Positions 1 to 10,936 are shown, numbered from the stretch's first letter. The stretch: 64,000 bases of DNA from Spirochaetia bacterium (GCA_965140585.1 OZ223269.1:352001-416000); one strand, 5' to 3'. The notes: generated by a model not told the origin, from the letters alone. Program-made: numbers and translations.

Positions 1-812
1 GTCAGCCTGGGATCAAGTTCGATATCAGTTTCTGTATTATCCTTGTAAAAATTTTCCACCTTAAGCCATTTTGCACCTTTTTGTGCAAGATGAAGGTTGC
101 TCATTATCAGATCGCCTGTTTCCTTGTATTCTTCGTAAGGTCCGTATTCAGAAGCTTTCCGCTCAAGGTTTTTAAGAGTGCTTTCTATCCGGTTAATAGC
201 AGCCGTAATTATTTTAACGGCTCGGTCGCGAAGGCGGTCAATGTTTTCATTTTCTTCAACATGGGAATAATATTCATCAATAAAGTTATTGAAACTTTGA
301 GATGAATCATAATCCCTGATTTCAAAAACCTTTCCGGAAGAATTCCCTTTGTTTTCCGGCAAAGTGAATACACTGCCTGAGGTTTCTCCCCGTTTCGGCC
401 TCCGGTAGAAAGCATCAAGGATTTTCTGCTCAGAATCAGTGGCTATAATATTAGCTGCTCCGCTCCATAAGCGGACCCACAGAACAGTAGTTTCACCGCT
501 GCGTGAGATCTCGATTTTAATTATTCGATCCTGATTGATCTGCTGAATGCCTGTTATCTTACCGCCCTTGATTCGGGCTCTCATAAGCTGGGCAAAGCGC
601 TGAAGTTTTATTTCTGAAACAGCTGAATTTGCTGTAGTATGGATTCTGGTTTTACCCGGTGCCAGACCGATTATCAAATTGAATCTTCCGCCGGGACGAT
701 AGAGCTCAAGAAAGAGACTGTGAAAGTCGGGCTGTTTTATCTTTTGAATATGGCAGCCGCTGAGACTGATTTCTTCAAGTATTTTATCTATTTCTACACA
801 ATTTAGAGACAT
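1..812 (-). CDS. rqcH: NFACT family (RqcH/FbpA-like) ribosome quality-control protein, N-terminal part; runs off the window
   Basis: Manual translation from ATG at 812: MSLNCVEIDKILEEISLSGCHIQKIKQP...QRFAQLMRARIKGGKITGIQQINQDRIIKI...WSGAANII, typical NFACT-N. Missing from the ORF track because it has no stop in the window. Confidence 0.85.
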   Translation of the reverse strand, partial: MSLNCVEIDKILEEISLSGCHIQKIKQPDFHSLFLELYRPGGRFNLIIGLAPGKTRIHTTANSAVSEIKLQRFAQLMRARIKGGKITGIQQINQDRIIKIEISRSGETTVLWVRLWSGAANIIATDSEQKILDAFYRRPKRGETSGSVFTLPENKGNSSGKVFEIRDYDSSQSFNNFIDEYYSHVEENENIDRLRDRAVKIITAAINRIESTLKNLERKASEYGPYEEYKETGDLIMSNLHLAQKGAKWLKVENFYKDNTETDIELDPRL

Positions 813-821
813 TCGGGAATT

Positions 822-1376
822 CTATACGGACATCTTAAGCTTATCAAGCACCTCTGAATATATATCTGCATCTTTCTCACTGAAGAATACGAGTGTTACC
901 TCGCGCGGAAGGCTGCTGCTCTGCAGATGAGACGCAATTGTATCTACCGCAATTTCAGTAGCCAGTTTTTTCGGGAATCCGTACACGCCGGTTGAAATGG
1001 AAGGAAAGGCAAGTGTTTTAACCCCGGTTTCGGCCGCAAGCTGGAGTGAGTTCCGGTAGGCATTGGCCAGAATTTCGCGTTCACCGCTTTTGCCGCCGTG
1101 CCAGATGGGCCCTACGGTGTGAATAACATATTCACAGGGCATTGTTCCACCGCTGGTCAATACAGCCCTTCCGGGCGGCAGCCCCTCAGGATATCTGTGA
1201 GTGCGTATATCCCTGCATTCATCAAGGATAACCGGACCGCCGGCACTGTGAATTGCTCCGTCAACACCGCCGCCCCCAAGAAGACTGGAGTTGGCTGCGT
1301 TGACAATTGCATCAACATCAAGAACCGTAATATCACCGACTACAAAACGCAGTCTGTCTGAAGGAATCTTCTCCAT
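822..1376 (-). CDS. ymdB: Macro-domain O-acetyl-ADP-ribose deacetylase (YmdB/MacroD-like)
   Basis: GDIT, IVNAANSSLLGGGGVDGAIH, VIHTVGP and FPSISTGVYGFP motifs. Confidence 0.93.
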   Translation of the reverse strand: MEKIPSDRLRFVVGDITVLDVDAIVNAANSSLLGGGGVDGAIHSAGGPVILDECRDIRTHRYPEGLPPGRAVLTSGGTMPCEYVIHTVGPIWHGGKSGEREILANAYRNSLQLAAETGVKTLAFPSISTGVYGFPKKLATEIAVDTIASHLQSSSLPREVTLVFFSEKDADIYSEVLDKLKMSV

Positions 1377-1450
1377 AGACTAATATGATAAGAGCACGAA
1401 AGCATAACTGTCTACAGTAAAATAGCCGTATAAACAGAAAAAGTTTAAAT

Positions 1451-2503
1451 TCAGAGACTTTTCAATGCTTCAACCAGTATTTTCATATCTTTATCAGTTC
1501 CGATCGTTATTCTTACAAAGTCATCGATACCAGGTTTATTAAAATAACGTACCAGTATCTTTTTTTCCTTAAGCTTAGAATATACTTCCTCACCGTTTAA
1601 TCCCTGTTTTCTGGCAAATACAAAATTTGCTTTTGATGGCAGGACTTCCCAGCCGGATGCCTCAATTTCTGATGTAAACCATTCCCTTGTATTTATAATT
1701 TTTGAGATAATTTCTTTAGAGTAGGCACTGTCTGTAACTGCAAGTTCTCCGCAGGTTTGAGCAATGAGATCTACAGGGTAGGAATTAAAGGAATCTTTTA
1801 CGGTGTTCAATGCTGTGATAAGCTCAGGTGTACCAAGTGCATATCCGAGTCTTAGTCCTGCAAGCGAAGAGCTTTTGGAGAAGGTTCTCACGACAAGCAG
1901 ATTGCTGTAGGATTCTATCAGCGATGATGCGCTCTCTCCGCCGAAAGCAATATATGCTTCATCTATGCATACAAGCCTGTCGGAAGGGTATGAATTAAGC
2001 AGATATTTAATCTCATCAAGTGTGAGGCAGACGCCTGTCGGTGCATTAGGGTTTGGAACGATAATGCCTGTGGATTTTTCTTTAAGATAACTGTCGATAT
2101 CGAGTGAAAAATCTGTTTTAAGCGGAACCTTCTTGTAAGGGATTGAATAAAAGCCGGAATACACAGGGTAAAATGAGTAGGTGAACTCTGGAAACAGGAG
2201 GGGACCGTTTATCCCGTCAAAGAAACCGAAGAAAACAAAAGAGAGAACCTCATCTGAGCCGTTTCCTATAAAAACATTTTCCGGCTTCAGATTATTATCA
2301 TCGGCTATAGCCTTTCTGAGTTTCAGTGATGTCGGTTCGGGATAGAGTCTGAGCCTTGAATGATCGAATGTATGCAGGAAATCCAAAATTTTGGGTGTCG
2401 GAGGATAGGGATTCTCATTAGTATTCAGTTTAATATACTGTCCGTCCTGCGGCTGCTCTCCCGGCACGTAGGGAGTAAGCTGGTTCATTCTGTCTGCAAA
2501 CAT
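1451..2503 (-). CDS. hisC: Histidinol-phosphate aminotransferase
   Basis: YVPGEQP, KLNTNENPY, GNGSDE, NPNAPTG, DEAY, RTFSK..LAGLRLG (PLP lysine). Confidence 0.95.
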   Translation of the reverse strand: MFADRMNQLTPYVPGEQPQDGQYIKLNTNENPYPPTPKILDFLHTFDHSRLRLYPEPTSLKLRKAIADDNNLKPENVFIGNGSDEVLSFVFFGFFDGINGPLLFPEFTYSFYPVYSGFYSIPYKKVPLKTDFSLDIDSYLKEKSTGIIVPNPNAPTGVCLTLDEIKYLLNSYPSDRLVCIDEAYIAFGGESASSLIESYSNLLVVRTFSKSSSLAGLRLGYALGTPELITALNTVKDSFNSYPVDLIAQTCGELAVTDSAYSKEIISKIINTREWFTSEIEASGWEVLPSKANFVFARKQGLNGEEVYSKLKEKKILVRYFNKPGIDDFVRITIGTDKDMKILVEALKSL

Positions 2504-2579
2504 CTTATGACTCCATATAAATAGTTTTAAGGCATTCCTATATTATCTGAAGTAATAATTATTGTCAGCAGTATTAGTA

Positions 2580-3875
2580 TCAGCTTATGAGTTTTCTTAT
2601 TTCTGCAGCCATATAAAAGCTTCCGGTAACAAGTACCGCTCCGCCTTTTGATAATGCAGCTGAGAGCGCCTTTTCCGGATCTGGTTCAAAAACTGTGCGC
2701 GGATTGATTTCTTTGAAAATTTTAAAGACTGTTTCGGGTGAGTTCGGTTTGAAACTGCCCGGAGTTGAAATAATGATCGTATTGAAGTGACTGCAGATAT
2801 TCTTAGCCATTCCACTTATATCTTTACCGTCTACAGCTCCGAAAATCAAAGTCCCGTTTCCATAAACTGATTTAAAAGCCTCTGCTGCTATATCTACGGA
2901 TACAGGGGTGTGTGCTCCGTCAATCATTACTGAAGAATCGGTACCTCTGACATTCGGAAAAAGTTCACTGCGCCCGGGCAGCGAGGCTGTTTCGATTCCG
3001 GACAACGTATCCAGCCCGGGGAGCAGATTGCTGATACATAACGAGGCAAGGGCTGCATTTTCAGCCTGAATACGTCCGCACATCTTCAGAGTCAAAGCAT
3101 CAGCTGTCCCGCTTTTCCATTTAAACACAGCATGAAAGGGATCTTTCATTTCAATATTATCGAGTACATCAGGAAGAAAACAAAGTGATGAGTTCATCTG
3201 AGCAGCCTTGTTCCTGAATACCTCAGCGGCTTCTGTTTTCTGGGATGATGAGAATACGGGGATGTTATTTTTAATTATCCCGGCCTTTTCTCCGGCGATT
3301 TCAGCTATGGTATTTCCCAGAAACTCGGTGTGTTCAAGTTCAATGGGGGTAAGTATACAGGCTTCGGGAGACAGAACGTTTGTAGCATCAAGACGTCCGC
3401 CGAGACCTGTTTCAAATACTGCCCATTCAAGACCTTCCTTTCTGAAAATAAGAAAAGCAAGCAGGGTAAGCAGTTCAAAGGTAGTAGGAGGTCCCCCCGG
3501 CGGAAGAGCTCCATCAGGAAGAGCTTCAATAGTTTCAACCATCTCAGTGATGGTTTCAATGTAAACATTATCCTTAAAGTATTCACCGCAGAGACTTATG
3601 CGCTCTTTATATGTCTCAACATGAGGTGAGACAAAAAGACCGGTCTTGTATCCGCCTTCTTTAAGAATAAAAGCTGCAAATGCTGAAGTTGATCCCTTGC
3701 CCTTGGAGCCTGCTACATGGATTGATTTGAATGATTCCTGCGGATTTCCGAACACCGGCAGCAGAGCCTTCATCCGATCAAGACGGTATTCACGGGCAGT
3801 CAGACTTGGAGTCTTTTCAAGATTATTCAGTGATTCAAGATGAGTAAATGCTTCTTCTGCAGAATTGAACCGCAT
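2580..3875 (-). CDS. folC: Folylpolyglutamate synthase/dihydrofolate synthase
   Basis: IHVAGSKGKGS, ETGLGGRLDATN, IAGEKAGI, DGAHT, VTGSFY. Confidence 0.93.
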   Translation of the reverse strand: MRFNSAEEAFTHLESLNNLEKTPSLTAREYRLDRMKALLPVFGNPQESFKSIHVAGSKGKGSTSAFAAFILKEGGYKTGLFVSPHVETYKERISLCGEYFKDNVYIETITEMVETIEALPDGALPPGGPPTTFELLTLLAFLIFRKEGLEWAVFETGLGGRLDATNVLSPEACILTPIELEHTEFLGNTIAEIAGEKAGIIKNNIPVFSSSQKTEAAEVFRNKAAQMNSSLCFLPDVLDNIEMKDPFHAVFKWKSGTADALTLKMCGRIQAENAALASLCISNLLPGLDTLSGIETASLPGRSELFPNVRGTDSSVMIDGAHTPVSVDIAAEAFKSVYGNGTLIFGAVDGKDISGMAKNICSHFNTIIISTPGSFKPNSPETVFKIFKEINPRTVFEPDPEKALSAALSKGGAVLVTGSFYMAAEIRKLIS

Positions 3876-3881
3876 TAAAAA

Positions 3882-5183
3882 TTAAAGACCTCTGTCTCTA
3901 AGTGCTGCCGCATGAGTAACAAAGCCTTCATAGTCAGCAATTGTTTTAACATGCTTTGCAGTTTCCTTAAGGCCTGAAGCACTGGCGTATACAACCGAGC
4001 TGTATTTGATAAAATCACGTACAGATACTGCAGAGTAGGTTTTTGCTCCGCCGCCTGTTGGAAGTACCGCATTTGCCCCGGTTGAGTAGTTTGCAATAGA
4101 GAAGGGTGTATTATCGCCCATGAGAATCTCTCCTGCATTTTTAATCAGCGGAAGCAGATCGAATGGATCTTCGGCCTGAATCTGTAGATGTTCGGGCGCA
4201 AAATCATTGATTATTTCAGCAGCTTCATCCATCGAATCGGTAATTATAATTCCACCGTAACCTGAGAGCACGTCAGTTACAAATGTTTTTCTGGGTTCCG
4301 GCAGCGCTGCTGCTTTTTCAGCAAGTACCGCTGCAGCCTTCTGTGCAAGTTCCTCCGAAGGGGTAATAAGCAGTGCTGATGAATCAGAACCGTGTTCAGC
4401 TTCAATAAGAAGATCAATTGCAACCTTAAAGGGATCAGCCGTGCCGTCTGCAAGCACTACAGACTCGGAAGGTCCTGCCGGAAGTCCGGCATCAACAACT
4501 GAAGACAGCAGCCGCTTTGCCGCGGCAACATACATGCTTCCGGGGCCGGAAAGCTTGATAACCGGCTTAATACTTTCGGTTCCAAGCGCCAGGGCGGCAA
4601 TTGCCTGCGCCCCGCCGATTCTATAGATCTCTTTTACACCGCATAGTTCTGCAGCATATAGACAGGCCGGATCAACAGTACCGTCCTCATTGGGCGGGGT
4701 TACTATAACGATTCTTTCGACCCCGGCAATAACTGCCGGGACCGCCAGCATGTAAAGCATTGAGGGAAAACTGCCCCTGCCGCGGGGGACATACAGCCCG
4801 ACGGACTCAATTGCCGTAGCTCTTTCACCTGCAAAGATGCCGGGTCTGATTTCGCTGAAGCTCATTGCCTCGGGAAGCTGGCTTTTATGGAATTTTTTTA
4901 CGTTCTCAATGGAAAACTCAAGAGCTTTTTTCAGTTCATCATCAATAAGATAGGAGGCTGCACGGAATTCTTCTTCTGTTACCCGCAGCGGTGTCCCATT
5001 CAGATTAATCTTGTCGAATTTTGCTGTAAGTTCGTAAAGGGCATCATCTCCCCTGTCTTTAACCTCGTCAATTATGTCCTGAACAGAAGAACTGATATTA
5101 CTTATATCTGTTTCAGATCTTGAGAAAATCTGTTTTTTTTCTTTTTCAGACAGAGAACTCCATCTGCGAATATTAATGTTCAT
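3882..5183 (-). CDS. hisD: Histidinol dehydrogenase (divergent IEAEH subtype)
   Basis: GLYVPRG, GGAQAIAALA, GPG..YV.AAK, AGPSE, EAEH, APEHL, GANAVLPT. Confidence 0.9.
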   Translation of the reverse strand: MNINIRRWSSLSEKEKKQIFSRSETDISNISSSVQDIIDEVKDRGDDALYELTAKFDKINLNGTPLRVTEEEFRAASYLIDDELKKALEFSIENVKKFHKSQLPEAMSFSEIRPGIFAGERATAIESVGLYVPRGRGSFPSMLYMLAVPAVIAGVERIVIVTPPNEDGTVDPACLYAAELCGVKEIYRIGGAQAIAALALGTESIKPVIKLSGPGSMYVAAAKRLLSSVVDAGLPAGPSESVVLADGTADPFKVAIDLLIEAEHGSDSSALLITPSEELAQKAAAVLAEKAAALPEPRKTFVTDVLSGYGGIIITDSMDEAAEIINDFAPEHLQIQAEDPFDLLPLIKNAGEILMGDNTPFSIANYSTGANAVLPTGGGAKTYSAVSVRDFIKYSSVVYASASGLKETAKHVKTIADYEGFVTHAAALRDRGL

Positions 5184-5202
5184 AAAATTCCTCTCAGTAT
5201 AC

Positions 5203-7167
5203 TTAAAAGCCTACAGGGAAGGATATCTGTACCAGAGTTCCTTCCTCGCTGCTTATCTGCAGAACTCCGTTGAGTTGAAATGCAAGGCTTTTGATTATAT
5301 CAAGGCCGAGGCCCTTGGTTTCAATGTCCGCTCTTTCCGGTTTAAATCCTATCCCATTGTCGGAGACCGCCAGTACATAAGATTCATCCTGCGAAAAGAT
5401 GTTTATCCTTACGATTCCCTTGCCTCTTCGAGGGAACGCGTGGGTGAAGCTGTTTGAGACAACCTCGTTTATTATTAGTCCGCAAAGCACCGCCCTGTCC
5501 AAATCAAGCTGAAAAGATTCAACATCGATATCAACCTTTATATTCGGTCCAACGGCATGATTATCTCTCATATTGGATATCAGCTTAGTGATATAGTTTG
5601 TTACATTGATAGACGGAATTTTATCTTCACTATAGATATTATCATGCACAAGGGCCATTGATTCGATTCTGTCTCTTGCAGCCTTCATCTTTTTTACAAC
5701 GAGCATATTCTCACTCTGCTGTTCCTGGAGTGAAAGGAGGCTGGAAATCAGCTGCATATTATTCTTAACACGGTGATTTATTTCACTTATCAGAAAGTCT
5801 TTCTCAGTTAGTGTTTTCTGAAGTTCTTCCTGTATTTCCTTCTGCCGGCTTACATCAGTGATTAAGCCTTCGATGGTAACCGGGATTCCGTTCGTATCAG
5901 AAATGCTTATTGCTTTCTGATAAAGCCATCGCCTTCCTCCTGAGGCATCAATGATCATATACTCTGCACCGTTTCCTGAACTCTCTCCGCTGAGAAGGTG
6001 AGAATAGGCTGAAAGAAACTCATTTTTAGGAGCAATCTGAAGAAGATCTACAAGACCTTCCATATCAAGATTTGCAGTTTTATCAACCGGATAGCCGGTT
6101 ATGAAAGTGAAGGATGAATTCATAAAATCGAATTTATTTTCGGGTATTGAATATGAAAAGACAATGGCTTCAACGTTCTCTGTAATACGCTTGTATCTTG
6201 ATTCCTGGTATTCAATCTGTTTTTCAGACTGAACATTTCTGGTTGCTTCTTTGAAAAAAATGGATAAAAGAAGTCCAAGCTCCTTATCCTCTGAAACGAA
6301 TGGAGGGTTTGTTTTGCTGTGCATGGAAAGAAGACCTATGACATTTCCGTTCTGATCTGGCAGTGGGAATACCATAAAGGACGAATCAGTATATCCTTCG
6401 TAACCGCTGGAATGAAGATCCGGGAAGCTGTCAATATTATTTATCAGAATGCTTTTCCCTTCTTCAAGTACTTTCTTGAAAACAGAGTTCTCTCTTAACG
6501 GGAAGGGGATGAACTCTTGGGCATGTCCCCTGTCCAGAGCATGTACAAGCTTCAGGCCCTCATCTTCCTTGAAATATATGCTGCCGCCGGTTGCCATGAG
6601 GTGGGTGCCGAAATCATCAAGAATTCTAATTCCCATTTCGCGCATACGCCGTACTGTCGTAATGGATATGGTTGAATTTATAACCTTGTTAAGCCTGCTG
6701 TTAAAATCAGAAAGCTGTCGGCTTTTTTCTTCAAGTTCTGCTGTTTTTCTTGAAACTTCTTCTTCAAGATGCTGCTGGTAAAGCCTGTCTTCCTTCCTCT
6801 GTCTGCTTCGGGCAAGCGTCTTGGTGATAGCTGAACGGAGAATCTCCATATCGCCTATTGGTTTTAGAATATAATCCCAGGCTCCGTTGTGAAGGGCATC
6901 AATGGCTGTAGAAATTTCACCTGCTCCTGATACTACAATCAGGGGAATTGTGTCTGAAATACTGTGCAGTATTTTGACAACCTCAAGTCCGTCCAAGCCT
7001 GGCATTCTCAGATCTATCAGAACCGCATCGGGTTTGCGATTTTTGAATATATCTATTCCTTCCTCACCGTTTTCCGCTTCAATCACGTTATAATCGTAAT
7101 CTTCCAAAAATTCTTTTATTGAGTTTCGTACTGCTTTTTCATCATCAATTGTAAGAACTGTTATCAT
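5203..7167 (-). CDS. Hybrid signalling protein: REC-GAF-PAS-HisKA_2 histidine kinase
   Basis: N-terminal receiver (IDDE, IDLRMP, KP), GAF-like middle, PAS/PAC, EINHRVKNNMQ H-box, NEVVSNSFTHAF, DNGIG. Confidence 0.9.
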   Translation of the reverse strand: MITVLTIDDEKAVRNSIKEFLEDYDYNVIEAENGEEGIDIFKNRKPDAVLIDLRMPGLDGLEVVKILHSISDTIPLIVVSGAGEISTAIDALHNGAWDYILKPIGDMEILRSAITKTLARSRQRKEDRLYQQHLEEEVSRKTAELEEKSRQLSDFNSRLNKVINSTISITTVRRMREMGIRILDDFGTHLMATGGSIYFKEDEGLKLVHALDRGHAQEFIPFPLRENSVFKKVLEEGKSILINNIDSFPDLHSSGYEGYTDSSFMVFPLPDQNGNVIGLLSMHSKTNPPFVSEDKELGLLLSIFFKEATRNVQSEKQIEYQESRYKRITENVEAIVFSYSIPENKFDFMNSSFTFITGYPVDKTANLDMEGLVDLLQIAPKNEFLSAYSHLLSGESSGNGAEYMIIDASGGRRWLYQKAISISDTNGIPVTIEGLITDVSRQKEIQEELQKTLTEKDFLISEINHRVKNNMQLISSLLSLQEQQSENMLVVKKMKAARDRIESMALVHDNIYSEDKIPSINVTNYITKLISNMRDNHAVGPNIKVDIDVESFQLDLDRAVLCGLIINEVVSNSFTHAFPRRGKGIVRINIFSQDESYVLAVSDNGIGFKPERADIETKGLGLDIIKSLAFQLNGVLQISSEEGTLVQISFPVGF

Positions 7168-9196
7168 TCCGATCCTCTGCGGGGAGTTCTATAATAAATC
7201 TGGTCCATTCCATTTCTTCCGATTCAATATACATTTTTCCCTTGTGTTTGTCAGTAATTATATAGTATGAGATTGATAATCCAAGCCCTGTGCCCTCTGA
7301 AGCCTGCTTAGTTGTGAAAAAAGGTTCAATAATTTTGCTGCGGAGTTTTTCAGACAAACCTGGTCCATTGTCTTCAATGGCAACCTGAACCCCGTGAGCT
7401 GTGTTTTTGACGCTGAGACAGAAACAGGGTTTTACACCATCCTCATATACTTTTGAGGCCATTGCCTGGGCTCCGTTTTTTAGGATATTGAAGAATACCT
7501 GTCCCATTTTTTCTGGTTCACACATGACCTTGGTCTCATCATTAACATAATTTTTTCTTATTTCAAGTTCTTTGAATCTATACTTTTTCTTCAGCTCGTA
7601 ATCGCTGGATGCCAGCTGAATAGTCTTATCAAGAATCTCACTAAGCTTTTGAGCTGACATGTTGGTTCGGCTTTTCCTGCTGAAGACAAGCATATCGCTT
7701 ATTATATTTGCGGCTCTGCTTCCGGATGCCATTATGTCGTCAAGCAGCCTGATAATACCTCTTGTATTACAATATTCTGATAGCTGCTCCATTGAAATAC
7801 CTGCTTTATCTGCTGCATTCTGATTCTTTTCCAGTCCGGGATCGAGCCTGTTTTTAAGAACATAGGCATTCTGTATGATACCTGCCAGCGGATTGTTCAG
7901 CTCATGTGCTACTCCTGCGGCAAGGCTGCCTGCAGACAGCATTTTCTCAGACTGAATAACCATTTCCGACATGTTAACCTTTTCTGTTATATCACTTGCT
8001 ATTCCAAGAAGTCTAGAAGGTTTCCCGTTTGAGTCTGTTTGGGTAATCTGATAATAGAGGTTAAACCACTTTTCAGTTTCATGGTTTATTCTTAATTTAT
8101 ATTCAATATATATGCTGTTTTCTTTTCCCGATTTTATAAGCCGGAAAAGCTGGTCTGCCTTGTTTCCGTATAGGGGGGCAAGATTCTTCTCTGCAAGATT
8201 TTCAGGCGTTACGACCATTTCAGAATAGGCTTTGAACTCACGGCTTGTCAGGTTATCCGGATGGCTGATATGTCCGCTTTCTATATCGTACTCCCATGAA
8301 ATATAACCTGAAATCTGAAGGGCTGTCGAGAGATGCTTCTGCGCAGTTTCCTTCTGTTTCAGGGTTATAATTGAATATTTGGCCAGATTGATGAATTCCT
8401 GATACTCAATATCCTGTTCTTCTGCAATATGGTCGGCTTCAATTTCTCCGGAAAAATAGGAGTCGAGTTTTTTAAAACTGTCGGCGATTGAATCCGAAAA
8501 TTTACGGCTTTGCCTGAAACTTAAAAAAAGCAGCAGTACTGTGGTCATGGCTGCTGCGAATGTACTGATTAATGTTGTTATCAGCAGCTGTTTCTGTTTG
8601 AGTCTTCTATAAGCAATGGTTGGTTCATGCTTCACCCGGGTGAAAATGTACCAGTCCCAATCAGGTATGGATGCTGCGTATCCGCAGAATGTACATGACG
8701 CTCCCGCACATTCTTCAGTTTCAGAATTCATACAAAAATGGCTTCCGTAAGGAGAAAGGGGAAGAATATCCTTTATTACTGAAAGCAGTTTTTTTCGGGC
8801 GGAATGGATGTTTCCGTTTGTAATATCGGTGAAGTCTTCGGATTCTTCTCCGGCAATAAGCAGGCCGTTACCGTTATATATAACGAAAGAGCTTTCCTGA
8901 TCAAATAGCAGATTGAATTTATATACATTTATCCAGTTTATGATGGTTTTCTTTGCCGTTCCTGTATATTCGGAATTAAACCTGGTGTGGTAGATATATT
9001 CAACTGCATGCTTTGTTTCTGCTTCGGCAAGGTTCCTCTGTGACTCAATGAACAATTCAATATCACTGTTGATATCCCGCAGTCCGGAAAATACCGTAAT
9101 TGCGGTAAAAACAACTGCTGCAGAAATTACAGTAATTAAACTGAACATAATTATGGCGTATCTTATTGTACTGCTTAGCGATCTTTTTCGAATCAT
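7145..9196 (-). CDS. Membrane sensor histidine kinase (2 TM, periplasmic domain, PAS-like, NtrB-type kinase core)
   Basis: Two hydrophobic segments; LAAGVAHELNNPL, QVFFNILKNG, DNGPG, PFFTTK, GTGLGL. Overlaps the start of the REC-kinase gene. Confidence 0.9.
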   Translation of the reverse strand: MIRKRSLSSTIRYAIIMFSLITVISAAVVFTAITVFSGLRDINSDIELFIESQRNLAEAETKHAVEYIYHTRFNSEYTGTAKKTIINWINVYKFNLLFDQESSFVIYNGNGLLIAGEESEDFTDITNGNIHSARKKLLSVIKDILPLSPYGSHFCMNSETEECAGASCTFCGYAASIPDWDWYIFTRVKHEPTIAYRRLKQKQLLITTLISTFAAAMTTVLLLFLSFRQSRKFSDSIADSFKKLDSYFSGEIEADHIAEEQDIEYQEFINLAKYSIITLKQKETAQKHLSTALQISGYISWEYDIESGHISHPDNLTSREFKAYSEMVVTPENLAEKNLAPLYGNKADQLFRLIKSGKENSIYIEYKLRINHETEKWFNLYYQITQTDSNGKPSRLLGIASDITEKVNMSEMVIQSEKMLSAGSLAAGVAHELNNPLAGIIQNAYVLKNRLDPGLEKNQNAADKAGISMEQLSEYCNTRGIIRLLDDIMASGSRAANIISDMLVFSRKSRTNMSAQKLSEILDKTIQLASSDYELKKKYRFKELEIRKNYVNDETKVMCEPEKMGQVFFNILKNGAQAMASKVYEDGVKPCFCLSVKNTAHGVQVAIEDNGPGLSEKLRSKIIEPFFTTKQASEGTGLGLSISYYIITDKHKGKMYIESEEMEWTRFIIELPAEDRNDNSSYN

Positions 9197-9313
9197 TACT
9201 TTGGTAAAAGTATATTGTAAATTCTGCTGCGGGTATATGTAAATTTTGTTACCTGATTGTAAATATTGAGATAAAGCTTTGGCCTAAGTGTTTCAATGGG
9301 TTATATTTAATAT

Positions 9314-10936
9314 ATGATGACTTCTATGATTAAGCGGATACTATTTACTGCCGGAATTGCTGTGGCAATGTTTTCAATAAATTCATGTGCGCCTAAATAT
9401 AATTTAACTGTTGATACCTCAAATGGCGGGTCAGTAACTGTTGACCCATCGGGATATGAATACGCTGAAGATGAACTTGTCACGGTTAATGCCCAACCTG
9501 ATGACGGATATTATTTTGCAGGCTGGAACGGTGATACCGGTTATGTAGTGGATTCATCAGGAACCCGTGAAATTCAGATCCAGATGCCTGATGATGATAT
9601 TTCACTGTCCGCAGACTTCGCAGAATCCGGTGACGGCTGGACTGTTATGGTTTATATGGCAGGTGATAATGATCTTTACGATGATTTATTTGAGGACATT
9701 GATGAAATAGAATCCGGTCTGGCGGCTTCGGATAATTCAAATATAAGCCAAGATTTAAAGATTATTGTTTTATATGATTCGCAGGGCAGCTCTAATACAG
9801 AACTTTTTCTTATGAGCGCGGATTCAAATGAAGACAATATTAATTCTTCTGAACTTTATGCGGACTTTATTGAAGATGGTGAAGTAAATATGGGAGACCC
9901 GGACACACTTGAGGCTTTTATAGAATACTGTTTAGATAATTACCCTTCCACCAATAATGCTCTTATTATCTCAAATCATGGGGGTGGTGCAAAGTCTATA
10001 AATACATCTGATACGGTAAGCCGGGAAATTGCATATGATTTTAGTTCTTCTTACGACGTTTTGTTCCTTGATGAGGTACAGCAGGTGATGTCGGGATTTT
10101 CAGACAGCAACATAAATATAATCGGGATGGATGCCTGTCTTATGGGTACTGTTGAAGTAGCATATGAATTACGCGGGCTGGCAGATTATTTTGTAGCCTC
10201 CCCAGCCAGTGAATGGCCTGATGGATGGGATTATACAGCACTTTTCAGCTCTGATATATTCGGTACATCAGGGAATATCCCTTCAGCATCTGAATTTGTT
10301 AACGAAATGATCACGCAATATAAAACTTCCACCTATGGAGTTACCGGTACAGGTAAACTGCAGAATACGCTTACAGCAGTAGACCTATCTACTGATAAAA
10401 TGCAGGAGCTTAAGGATTCCATTGATGCTCTTGCCGCAGCTTTCTCCGTTTTTAGCAACCAAAGTACGATAGAAGGAATAAGCAGCGGTTCAATCGGTTA
10501 TTATAAGAGCGGTAATGAAGATGGCGAGCCTTACACTGATATTTATGATTTCTGTATGCAGTTTGACCAGTCTACATATGATGTGGGTGAGGTAGGTGAG
10601 ACCGATATCTATGATGCGGCGCAGGAAGTTCTTTCGGCACTGGCAGATTCAATAGTTGCAGCATATGGTTATAACGTAAGCGGGAATTCTTTTTCACCAA
10701 TTGATTATTTTTATGAAACTGATGATTCCTCGGCTGAACGTGGTCTTTCAATTTTCTTTTCTCACAGTTCAAGTGACTACAATGATGATCATTGGTGGTA
10801 TACAGACGACTCGGTAGCCGCGTCGATGACTACTACCGGTTTATCAGTTGCCCTAGGAAATATTGATTTTGCCGATTCTACTGACGATGCCACAGTAAAT
10901 ACATGGCGTGAATTATTTGATGAGTGGTACAAATGA
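9314..10936 (+). CDS. Clostripain-family (peptidase C11) acidic lipoprotein with N-terminal InlB-B-type repeat
   Basis: Lipobox-like INSC; GYYFAGWNGD repeat module; WTVMVYMAGDNDL, EVNMGD, SNHGGG (His), MDACLM (Cys). Confidence 0.88.
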   Translation: MMTSMIKRILFTAGIAVAMFSINSCAPKYNLTVDTSNGGSVTVDPSGYEYAEDELVTVNAQPDDGYYFAGWNGDTGYVVDSSGTREIQIQMPDDDISLSADFAESGDGWTVMVYMAGDNDLYDDLFEDIDEIESGLAASDNSNISQDLKIIVLYDSQGSSNTELFLMSADSNEDNINSSELYADFIEDGEVNMGDPDTLEAFIEYCLDNYPSTNNALIISNHGGGAKSINTSDTVSREIAYDFSSSYDVLFLDEVQQVMSGFSDSNINIIGMDACLMGTVEVAYELRGLADYFVASPASEWPDGWDYTALFSSDIFGTSGNIPSASEFVNEMITQYKTSTYGVTGTGKLQNTLTAVDLSTDKMQELKDSIDALAAAFSVFSNQSTIEGISSGSIGYYKSGNEDGEPYTDIYDFCMQFDQSTYDVGEVGETDIYDAAQEVLSALADSIVAAYGYNVSGNSFSPIDYFYETDDSSAERGLSIFFSHSSSDYNDDHWWYTDDSVAASMTTTGLSVALGNIDFADSTDDATVNTWRELFDEWYK

